NCBI RefSeq assembly: GCF_018350175.1
Contig: NC_058372.1
Location: 97,342,001-97,406,000 of the forward strand
DNA: 64,000 nt
Direction of reading: 5' to 3'
Source: Felis catus
Lineage: Eukaryota
The notes under the pieces are model-generated. The model had not been told where the DNA came from. It saw nothing but the letters and a program-made list of their open reading frames with translations, and made no database searches. Below are positions 11,614 through 22,756 of this stretch, one piece after another. Made by a program: the position numbers and the translations under genes. Within the stretch, counting starts at the first letter, position 1. Each line of letters starts with the position of its first letter.

Positions 11614-14600
11614 GACATTTGGGCTCTTTCCATACTTTGGCTATTGTCGATAGTGCTGCTATAAACATTGGGGTGCATGTGTCCCTTCGAAACAGCACAC
11701 CTCTATCCCTTGGATAAATACCTAGTAGTGCAATTGCTAGGTTGTAGAGTAGTTCTATTTTTAATTTTTTGAGGAAACTCCATCCTGTTTTCCAGAGTGG
11801 CTGCACCAGTTTGCATTCCCACTAGCAGTGCAAAAGAGATCCTCTTTCTCCGCATCCTCGCCAACATCTGTTGTTGCCTGAGTTGTTAATGTTAGTCATT
11901 CTGTCAGGTGTGAGGTGGTATCTCATTGTAGTTTTGATTTGTATTTCCTGGATGATGAGTGATGGTGAGCATATTTTCATGTGTTTGTTGGCCATCTGGA
12001 TGTCTTCTTTGGAGAAGTGTCTATTCATGTCTTTTGCCCATTTCTTCACTGAATTATTTGTTTTTTGGGTGTTGAGTTTGGTAAGTTCTCTATAGATTTT
12101 GGATATTAACCCTTTGTCTGATGTGTCATTTGCAAATATTTTCTCCCATTCCATCGGTTGCCTTTTAGTTTTGCTGATTGTTTCCTTTGCAGTGCAGAAG
12201 CTTTTTATTTTGATGAGGTCCCAGTAGTTCATTTTTGCTTTGGTTTCCCTTGTCTCTGGAGATGTGTTTAGTAAGAAGTTGCTGTGACTGAGGTCAAAGA
12301 GGTTATTGCAAGCTTTCTCCTTGAGGATTTTGATGGCTTCTTATGTTTAGGTCTTTCATCCATTTTGAGTTTATTTTTGTGTGTGGTGTAAGAAAGTGGT
12401 CCAGGTTCATCCTTCTGCATGTCACTGTCCAGTTTTCCCAGCACCATTTGCTGAAGAGACTGTCTTTATTCCATTGGATATTCTTTCCTGCTTTGTCAGA
12501 TTAGTTGGCCATACGTTTGTGGGTCCATTTCTGGGTTCTCTATTCTGTTCCATTGATCTGAGTGTCTGTTTTGTGCCAGTATCATACTGTCTTGATGATT
12601 ACAGCTTTGTAATACATCTTGAAGTCCAAGATTGTGATGCCTCTAGCTTTGGTTTTCTTTTTCAAGATTGCTTTGGTTATTTGGGGTCTTTTCTGGTTCC
12701 ATACAAATTTTACAATTGTTTGTTCTAGCTCTGTGAAGAATGCTGGTGTTATTTTGATAGGGATTGCATTGAATATGTAGATTGCTTTGTGTAGTGTTGA
12801 CATTTTAACAATATTTGTTCTTCCTATCCAGGAGCATGGAATATTTTTCCTTTTTTTGTGTGTGTGTCTTCTTCAATTTCTTTCATAAGCTTCTGTAGTT
12901 TGCAGTGTATAGATTTTTCACCTCTTTGGTTAGGTTTATTCCTAGGCATTTTATGGTTTTTGGTGCTATTGTAAATGGGATCAATTCCTTGATTTCTCTT
13001 TCTGTTGCTTCATTATTGGTGTATAGGAATGCAACCAATTTCTGTGCATTTATTTTATATCCTGCGACTTTGCTGAATTCATGGATAAGTTCTAGCAGTT
13101 CTTTTGTGGAATCCCTTTGGGTTTTTCATATAGAGTATCATGTCATCTGTGAAGAGTGAAAGTTTGACTGACTCCTGGCAGATTTGGATCCCTTTTATTT
13201 CTTTGTGTGGTCTGATTGCTGAGGCTAAGACTTCCAATACTATGTTGAATAACAGTGGTGAGAGTGGACATCCCTGTCTTGTTTCTGACCTTAAGGGGAA
13301 AGCTCTCAGTTTTTCCCCATTGAGGATGATATTAGTGGTGGGTCCTTCGTATATGGCTTTTATGATCTTGAGGTATGATCCTTCTATCCCTACTTTCTTG
13401 AGGGTTTTTATCAAGAAAGGATGCTGTATTTTGTCAAATGCTTTCTCTGCATCTATCATGTGGTTCCTGTCCTTTCTTTTATTGATGTGATGTATCACAT
13501 TGATTGTTTTGTGGATATTGAACTAGCCCTGCATCCCAGGTATAAATCCCAGTTGGTCATGGTGAATAATTTTTTTAATGTATTATTGGATCTAGTTGGC
13601 TAGTATCTTGTTGAGGATTTTTGCGTTCATGTTCATCAGGGAAATTGGTCTATAGTTCTCTTTTTTAGTGGGGTCTCTGTCTGGTTTTGGAATCAAGGTA
13701 ATGCTGGCTTCATAGAAAGAGTTTGGAAGTTTTCCTTCCATTTCTATTTTTTGGAACACCTTCAGGAGAATAGGTGTTAACTCTTCCTTCAATGTTTGGC
13801 AAAATTCCTCTGGAAAGCCATCTGGCCCTGGACTCCTGTGTTTTGGGAGATTTTTGATTACTAATTTGATTTCTTTACTGGTTATGGGTCTGTTCAAGTT
13901 TTCTATTTCTTCTTGTTTCAGTTTTGGTAGTTTATATGTTTCTAGGATTTGTCCATTTCTTTCAGATTGCCCATTTTATTGGCGTATAATTGCTCATATT
14001 CTCTCATTATTGTTTTTCTTTCTGCTGTGTTGGTTGTGATCTCTCCTCTTTCATTCTTGATTTTATTTATTTGGGTCCTTTCCTTTTTCTTTTTGATCAA
14101 TCTGGCTACAGGTTTATCAGTTTTGTTATTTCTTTCAAAGAACCAGCTGCTGGTTTCACTAACACACTCGCATTCTGTGTCTGTCTCTCTCAAAAATGAA
14201 TAAACAAACAAACAAAAAGTTGTAAAGTTAGGTTGTGTATCTTTGACCTTTCTTCCTTCTTTAGGACGGCCTGGATGCTGTATATTTCTTTCTTATGACC
14301 ACCTTTGCTGCGTCCCTGAGGTTTTGGGCTGTGGTGTTATCATTTTCTTTAGCTTCCATGAACTTTTTAATTTCTTCTTTAACTTCTTGGTTAGCCCATT
14401 CATTCTTTAGTAGGATGGTCTTTAGTCTCCAAGTATTTGTTATCTTTCCACATTTTTTCTTGTGGTTGATTTAGAGTTCCATAGCGTTGTGGTCTGAAAG
14501 TGTGTGGTATGATCTTGATCTTTTTTCTACTTGTTGAGGGCTGATTTATGTCCCAGTAAGTGATCTATTCTGGAGAAATGTTCCATGTGCACTGGTGAAG

Positions 14601-15163
14601 AATGAGTATTCTGCTTTAGGATGAAATATTCTGAATATGTCTGTTAAGACCATCTGATCCAGTGTGTCATTCAAAGCCATTGTTTCCTTGTTGATATTCT
14701 GTTTAGGTTATCTGTCCATTGTTGTAAGTGGGGTGTTGAAGTCCCCTGCTATATGGTATTATTATCAAAGAGTTTCTTTATGTTTGTGATTAATTGATTT
14801 ATATATTTGTGTTCTTCCACATTTGGAGCATAAATGTTCACAATTGTTAGATCTTCTTGGTGGATTGACCCCTTTGTTATGATATGATGCCCTTCTTCAT
14901 CTCTTGTTGTAGTCTTTATTTTAAAATCTAGATTGTCTGATATAACTATGGCTACTCTTTTGGCGACCATTAGGATGACAGATGGTTCTCCATCCACTTA
15001 TTTTCAATCTGAAGGTGTCTTTAGGTCTAAAGTGGGTCTCTTGTAAACAGCATATAGACAGATCTTGTTTTATTATCCATTCTGTTACCCTAAGTCTTTT
15101 GATTGGAGCATTTAGTCCATTGACGTGTAGAGTGAGTATGGAAAGATATGAATTTATTGCCAT
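11614..15163 (-). pseudogene. L1 ORF2 (endonuclease/reverse transcriptase) remnant
   Basis: Starts MAINSYLSILTLHVNGLNAPIKR and is broken into many short ORFs in different frames. Confidence 0.9.
14163..14218 (+). mobile_element. CanSINE 3' fragment inside L1 ORF2
   Basis: cactcgcattctgtgtctgtctctctcaaaaatgaataaac is the SINEC_Fc 3' end. Confidence 0.75.
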
Positions 15164-15259
15164 TATGTTGCCTGTAGATTTGGAGTTTCTGGTGGTGTTC
15201 TCTGGTCCTTTCTCGTCTTTGTTGCTTTTGGTCTTTTTTTCCCCCCGTTTTTTCTCCCT

Positions 15260-16133
15260 TCAGAGAGTCCCCCTTAAAATTTCTTGCAGAGCTGATTTAG
15301 TGGTCACGAATTCCTTTAATTTTTGTTTGTCTGGGAAACTTTTTATCTCTTCTTCTATGTTGAATGATAGCCTTGCTGGATAAAGAATTCTTGGCTGCAT
15401 ATTTTTCTGATTCAGCACATTGAATATATCCTGCCACTCCTTTCTGGCCTGCCAAGTTTCTGTGGATAGGTCTGCTGCACACCTAATCTGTCTTCCCTTG
15501 TAGGTTAAGGACTTTTTTTTTCCCTTGCTGCTTTCATGATTCTTTCTTAGCCTGAGTATTTTGTGAATTTGACTATGATATACCTTGTTGATGATTGGTT
15601 TTTGTTGAATCTAATGGGAGTCCTCTGTGCTTCCTGTATTTTGAGATCTGTGTCTTTCCCCAGGTTAGGAAAGTTTTCTGCTATGATTTGCTTACATAAC
15701 TCTTCTACCCCTTTTTCTCTCTCATCATCTTCTGGGACCCCTATGATTCTGATGTTGTTCCTTTTTAATGAGTCACTGATTGCTCTAATTCTTAAATCAT
15801 GCTCTTTTGTGTTAGTCTCCCTCTTTTTTTCTGCTTCATTGTTCTCCATTAAGTTTGTCCTCTGTATCGCTGATTTGCTGCTCTGCCTCATCCATCCTTG
15901 CCGCTGTGGCATCCATTTGACATTGCACCTCAGTTACAGCATTTTTTTTCATCCCGACTAGCTTTTATCTCTGCAGAAAGGGATTCTAATCTGTTTTCAA
16001 CCCCAGCTAGTATTCTTATTATTGTGATTCTAAATTCTGGTTCAGACATCTTGCTTGTATCTGTGTTGATCAAGTGCCCGACTGTCATTTCTTCCTGTCC
16101 TTTCTTTTGGGGTGAATTCCTTCATTTCATCAT
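15260..16133 (-). pseudogene. L1 ORF1 remnant
   Basis: ATG at 16133 with a TGA at codon 4; NNIRIIGVPE and IIAENFPNL motifs; ends ...LQEILRGTL-stop at 15260; frameshifted. Confidence 0.85.
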
Positions 16134-17303
16134 TTTGAAGAAAAGGAATTAATAAAGTAAAAAAAAAAAACCTTGAAATTAAAAAATTAAAAAAAACACA
16201 AAAAAGTCAAATAAAGGATGCTAGATCCTAGGTGTGTTCTGGTCTGCTTGTTGAAAGGAGCTTGATAGAGAAAAAAGGGAAGGATAAGAAAAGAAAAGAA
16301 AAAAAAGAAAATGGTTGAAAGTTTGAAAAAACGAATACAATGAAATAGAATAAAATGAAAGATGGAAGTAAAAAATAGAATTTGAAAAATTTACAAAAAA
16401 GTAAAAAATGTAGTAGGAAAAATGTAAAGAAAAATATTTTTAATAGAAATGGAAAATAAAAATAAATTTTTTTCTCATTCTATATTCAAGAAATAGAAAA
16501 GAAAAAAAAATTGAATAGATGGACCAGCAAACAGAGTGAGGTATGATTGAAATTGCCTTGGTTTCCCCTAGAAGTCGAACTATGAGGCACTTTATAGTCT
16601 GTAAACTAAGCAGGCGGAGAGACTTGTGTTGTTCCTGGAGAGTGAGGTTGGTCCAGCTGGGCGGGGCTTAGTGTAATGGCTCCATTCTCCACTAGATGGC
16701 GATGCTTAGCTTACTGGGATGGATTGTTGTGGTGCTTGTAGGTGTGTATGCACATGCGTGGGAAGGGTGAACATCACGTCACTCAGCTATCCAGTCTCTA
16801 GTGTTGGAACTGTGTCCTCCCCGACCAGCAATTGCACACCCCTCCTTTGTCTCTGGCTTTTGTCCACTCCCTGCTTTTACACTGTCTGTGACCAAGCCAT
16901 CAGGTTGCCAGGTGGCACCTCCCTCCTGAGTTTTATGTCATATGCGGCTGTGTTTCCCAACCCCTCACTTCTGAGGGACTGTGGTTTTGACCCACTCAGA
17001 CCTTCTGGGGGAGGGTCTCAATGAGCAATGCTGGCCCGCTTCTGGGAATGTTTGGGAGACCATGCTGCTGCTGATGCCCAGAGACTGCGCCTGGGTGCCA
17101 GCCTGCCCCAGAAAAAGTTCATGCAATCATGTAGCAGCAGCGTTTTAGGGAGTATGAAAATAACAACACACATCTGGCACAGGCTTCCTCCCAACATCCT
17201 TGTTCCAGCACCAGCGAATGTGGATGTTCTCCGGGATCCACTGGGACCTTTGGCTATGGGGAGGCAGCACAGCCTCTACCAAAAGTCCTCCCAACAGGGG
17301 AAC

Positions 17304-17561
17304 TGCCTCTTGCCATATATCCTAAGGACCTTGAGGATCTTGCTCTCTGCTCCTGGGGATTTGCCCTTCCCACCAGAGCACTGCCAGGTATTGAGCTGCG
17401 GAGTTTCAGACTCTGTGCTCCCCCTGTTTATATGCCTCTTGCCACATATCCTAAGGACCTTGAGGATCTTGCTCTCTGCTCCTGGGGATTTGCCCTTCTC
17501 ACCAGAGCACTGCCAGGTATTGAGCTGCGGAGTTTCAGACTCTGTGCTCCCCCTGTTTATA
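17304..17561. repeat. Tandem duplication 2 x 129 bp in the L1 5' UTR
   Basis: 17304-17432 and 17433-17561 differ at 2 positions by manual alignment. Confidence 0.95.
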
Positions 17562-18879
17562 GAGTCTTAATGGAATTTAAATCCTCTCCTTTCTCCTTTT
17601 TCCCTTTTTTTGTTCTGTCCCTTGTGTATTCTGTCCCCTGTGTACTCTTTCTTTTCTCTCCAGCTGATTTCAGGTGGAGGGGATGCCCTCTGTATTCTTC
17701 CCCCATCTTTGTCCTCTCTCCACAAGCAAAAACAGCTCCCTGCCCTCTGTGCCTTTCTCCCCCAGTTCACCTCTCCATGCTGTGTACCTGCTGAGTTCTC
17801 TGGTTCAGGTTGTGCAGATTGTTGTGTTAATCCTCAAATCAGTTTTCTAGGTGTGCAGGATGGTTTAGTGTTGATCTGGCTGTATTTCAGGGACGAGACA
17901 CGCAAAAAAAAAAAAAACAAAACCCTTCCATGTGGTTCCTCCATCTTGGGCCCTCCTCTAGTTTCTTAATATGATACCAAAAATGTGTATATCTGTTCAA
18001 AAGTCATTATTATGCTTAGTTGGGACATTGGCATTTCTACTACAAGTATGAACAAAGGAAGGATGCTACCTATCACTTTTTAACATTGAACTACAGTAGA
18101 GACAGAAAGAGTATAAGAACAACTGGGAGGATAGGGAAGGGAACCAAGGAGAAAACACATATCTTGATTATAGGGATTCTCTGAGATTAGTCATACCACT
18201 CCTTTTTCAAGGTCATGTAAAAAGAAAATACCATAATATGGGAACACTAAGTAGAAAAGAAAGAAGTAAATATTAGGAAATTTCTGTTTTATATTCTTTA
18301 AAAATAAGGAAAATATAGACTGTATAATATAGAAGATCTAAGTGGAGAGAAGACAGATTGAATTGAAAACCTATTTACTCAGAAATCAGAAAATGAAATC
18401 ACTAATGTTTAAGAAGTATGGAGAAATAGAATAAAGAGAATAAAATGATAAAGAAAAAAAAAGTAAGTGCGTGCCCTGGAGGAAAGAGGTCTTAGTGTTT
18501 CTCAAAAAGAAATGTTTGAAATAAGAAAATTGATGATACCAATGAATTGAGTGTAAATAAATGTTTGTAGTTACTGTTTCCTTAGATATTTGTAAGTTTT
18601 CTTCCCCTTGGAGAGAGAGTTTACTGATTCTGAGTGACAGTATCATAATTTGTGGTACTTACCACTGGGGAAATATACAGTCACGTATTTTAGAATTTAA
18701 GGTATACTTTTCAAATAAGTATAAATAAGGTAAAAGAAAAAATATTTCTTAGAGCAAAAACTAGAAAGCAGAAGAAACAGAAAATAAGCATGCATAGAGC
18801 ATGAAACAAGATCAAGCATGTCAACAGGAAATATCAATGGGATACATTTATCTATTAAAAACTAAAACTGATATGGCTG

Positions 18880-20825
18880 AGTTCCTAGCTCAAAGCCCTA
18901 AGCTTCTAGCCAAATGGCCTTCTTGCAGACAATAATAATAAATTCTGAATAAAATATATAACACAACTATCTGAAGGTCTTAGAGAGTGAAAAAATTCTA
19001 GGGCAGATAAGACTTAGAAGTAGGTCCAAAATTGGAGAGAATATCTTTCTTAATGGTTATCACCTTTAGGGCAGGTAAAATTAGTACTGTGCTGAATGAC
19101 TGAAATTCTGATAGAAAACCCACAGTTTTTCTGGCCTGAAGAACCAGATGCAGAGTTTGGGGCTAGCATTACTGCAGAGAAATGAGAAGTGAATCCCAGA
19201 ATAAACTAGATGGCTGTAGCTCTAAGTTCTGTGTATAAATCCTGCCCAAGTCTCTGATCTCTGAACCATACATTTGCAGAGTAGATCACAAACTTCCTAA
19301 CTAAAGGTAGGGTCCTGAACTGAGATTTCTGTTTGTAGTTCGAGTCCATCTAAGGTAATTTCTTGCTAAAACAAAAATATTGACAGTCTTCAGAGAATGA
19401 GACAGAATCCACAAGGCCCAGAACACAATCTCAAAGTGAATAATGAGTAAAGTATGACCCAAGAGAAAAAACAATCAACACAGACCAACCCCAATAGACT
19501 TTAAAGTAACAATTATAATAATAATTGTTAGAGAAATGAGTTAAAGAAGATATGTTCATAATGAATGAAGAGATAGGAAATCTCAGCAGAGAAATAGAAA
19601 TCATAAAAAAGTTCTAAGTTTAAAATTTAGAATTAAAAAAGACAGTATCTTACATGAAAATTCACTTGATGAGCTTAATAGCAGATGGAAATAACTGAGC
19701 AGAGAGTCAGAGAACTTGAAATTATCCAATGTGAAGAATGGAGACCAAGTGATAGAAGAAAAGAAATAGAGCTTTAAGAATTTGTAGAACCATAACAAGC
19801 TTTAGAACATAGTTCTAATTGGAATCCCAGAAGGCAAGAAGAATGAGGCAGAAAAACTTTTGAAGATAATGATCGCAAATTTCCTAATCTGTGGGAGACA
19901 AAAATCTACAGATTCAAGAAATTCAGTGAAATTGAAGTGGAGGAAATACAAGAAAACACTGCTAGGCATATTGTAGTCAAACTGCTAAAAACCTAATGTA
20001 AAACAATCTAGAAGCATCCAGAGAAAAATAGCATATTAAATACAGGGGAACAATGATTAGCTTCTGATGACTTCCATTAGGAACTATGGAGGCCAGCAAC
20101 CATGGAACTACGTCTTTATGCTAGGGGAAAAAACCCATCAACCTAGAGTTGTTTATGAAACAAAAATTTCCTTCAAGAATAAAGACAAATTATTGTCTAC
20201 ACCATGATAAAAAAGTTTCTGTACAGCAAAGGAAACCATCAACAGAATGAGAAATCAATAGGAGAAGGTATTTGCAAATGATATATCCAATAAGGGGTCA
20301 ATATCCAAAATCTATAAAGAACATAAGAAACTGAACACCAAAATTCCAAATAATCCAATTAAAAAATGGGCAGAAGGCTGATAGACATTTTTCCAAGGAA
20401 GACATCCAGATAGTCAATAGACACATGAAAGTATGTTCAATATCACTAATCATCAGTGAAATGCAAATCAAAACCACAATGAGATATCATCTTACGCTTG
20501 TCAGAATGGCTAGTGTCAAGAAGACAAGAAATAGCAAGTGTTGGTGAGTATTTGCAACCTTTGTGCCCTGTTGGTGAGAATGTATATTGGCATAGCTACT
20601 GTGGAAAACAATATGGAAGTATCTCAAAAAATTAAAAATAAAAATAGCATATGATCCAGTAATTTCACTCCTGGGTATTTAGTGAAAGAAAATGAAAACA
20701 CTTATTTGCAAAATTATATGCACCCTGATGTTCATTGCAGCAATATTTACAATAGCCAAGATATGGAAGCAGCCTAAGTGTCCTAAGTGCCCATTGATAG
20801 ATGAATGGATAAAGAAGATTTGGTG

Positions 20826-20875
<50 letters not shown>

Positions 20876-21880
20876 GGAATACTACTCAGCCATAAAAAAA
20901 ACAAGATCTTGCCATTAGCGACAACATGAATGGACCTAGAGGGTGTTATGCTAAGTGAAAAAGTCAGACAGAAAAAGAAAAATATCTTGTGATTCCACTT
21001 GTATGTGGAATCTAAAAAAGAAAACAGAAAAAAACATAAATACAGAGAACAAACTGGTCGTTGCCAGAAGGGAGGATGGGCAAAATGGGTGAAGGGGAGT
21101 AAGAGGTATAGGCTTCCAGTTATAGAATGAATAAGTCATGGGAATGAAAGGTATGGCACAGAGAATATAGTCAATAGTATTGTAATCGTGTTATAGGTAA
21201 CAGATGGTAGCTACACTTGTGGTGAGCATAGCGTGATGTTTAGACTTGTAAAATCACTGTGTTGCACACCTGAAGTAATATAACATGGTGTGTCAACTAT
21301 AGTTCAATTAAAAAAAGGAATAAAGACAAAATAAAGACGTTCTGATAAAAAAGAAGTAAAGAATTCATCACCATTGGGCCTGAACTATAAGATATTCTAA
21401 AAGAAGTTTTTCAGGTAGAAAGTAAATGATAATGGATGGACACTTGGATCCTTAAGAAGAAATGAAGAGCATCAGAAATTGTAAATATTGTGGTAAATAT
21501 AACTAGCTTTTCTTCTTAATTTTTAAAAAATAGAAATAATTGGTTTTCATGCAATTATAATATTATCTTCTAGGGCTTATTATTATATGTAGATATGATG
21601 TCTATGATACCCATCCCATAAAGTGGGGAGTTTGGAGGTACTTATATTGATATAAGTTTTCTACACTTTTTTGTGAGGTGATACGATATTGATTCTAAGT
21701 AGAGTATGAAAAGTTAAGGATATATATTATAGCCCATGGAACAACAACAAAAATAAAGCCCAGTAGTCAGATGAAAAAGGAATTTAAAAATAAATTCAAA
21801 TAATCTGAAAATGTCAGGAAAAAATGAACAGAAGAAAAAACAGGGGGGATAAAAAGAATACTAATAAAATCAAAGACCTA
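18880..21880 (+). mobile_element. Ancient L1 5'/ORF1 region, interrupted by a younger L1
   Basis: Degenerate ORF1 signatures (ctacagattcaagaa...catattgtagtcaaactgctaaaa; tccttcaagaataaa) resume after 21330. Confidence 0.65.
20190..21317 (+). mobile_element. 5'-truncated L1 (ORF2 C-terminus, 3' UTR and A tail), with (CA)n at 20828-20872
   Basis: L1 3' sequence (IAAIFTIAKIWKQPKCP); 13 bp TSD gaataaagacaaa at 20177-20189 and 21318-21330. Confidence 0.9.
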
Positions 21881-22149
21881 AATATTATGGATATACCCTT
21901 ACTTCCTTGCTGCTTGGTGGCATTGCTCACTTTTCCAGGGTGGTCTAGTGCCACTCTTATCTCTGTAAAGCTGTCTTTGAACCATGATAAACTGAATAGC
22001 TTTGTGCTCTGTGTATTATGTTTATACCTTCTGTCCGTTTTCACCTTGAATCATGGTTATGGTCTGGTTGTGTCTGTCAGCTGTGGTAAGCTGAACGGGT
22101 CACAACATGGTTCTGAAAAAGTCCACAAGTTTTAACATCATTAAAGACC

Positions 22150-22330
22150 TTGACTCCTAGGTATGCCAATCCCTGGCAGGAAATTCAACAAATTACCTGA
22201 AACTCTCAGTATCAGTTTCTTTATCTGTAAAAGGGAGGCAGAAATACCTGCTTTGTTGTGTTACTGTGATTTGCATACATTGCCAATCGAATTGCCTGAT
22301 TCCTATTAAGTATTCTGTAAATCCTAGTTT
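22150..22330 (+). mobile_element. MIR fragment
   Basis: ctctcagtatcagtttctttatctgtaaaaggg core. Confidence 0.6.
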
Positions 22331-22756
22331 ATTTATTTATTTCATTTGTCTTTTGTCTTTAGCACTCATTTCAGCATAGCTATATAGTAGGAATTCATGA
22401 ATGTATGTTGAATATAAAATGATAATATACCATCCAATGGGAACATTTAATTAGCTGTATTATCAATGCATTTAGTAACTATTGCATCTCCAATTAGTTG
22501 TTTGTTTTTTTTTAAAGCTACATAGTACTTGCTTCTTAAATGGTCTAAAGGGACCATTTTCTTTTAATCTATACTAAAATAAGAATCTCCTGGAAGGATA
22601 AATCAGATTGGTTCCATAAAGCCATGCACTTTTTTTGTGTGTTAATTTATAGGAACACTCCTTTTAATTATCTGTCCTAAAAGTTTTCTTACTCTCAACA
22701 GATATGTACTTATATAAATAAGCATTATACCCTGTTACTTTTGACACTTGGAATTC

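Larger units (their letters stand above)
11614..17958 (-). mobile_element. Carnivore LINE-1, 5'-intact, 3'-truncated, inactive (6.3 kb)
   Basis: Minus strand starts gaggagggcccaagatggagg (L1 5' end), then ~1.8 kb 5' UTR, ORF1 and ORF2 remnants. ORF-track peptides show endonuclease (NGLNAPIKR), RT ([24 protein letters not shown]) and the C-terminal region. It stops near the end of ORF2 with no 3' UTR or polyA. Confidence 0.95.

Noticed and set aside
17028..17570. 180 aa ORF, the longest in the track, as a real gene or ORF0 analogue
   Set aside because: It lies in a decayed L1 5' UTR and owes 43 aa to the in-frame tandem duplication; no recognisable domain.
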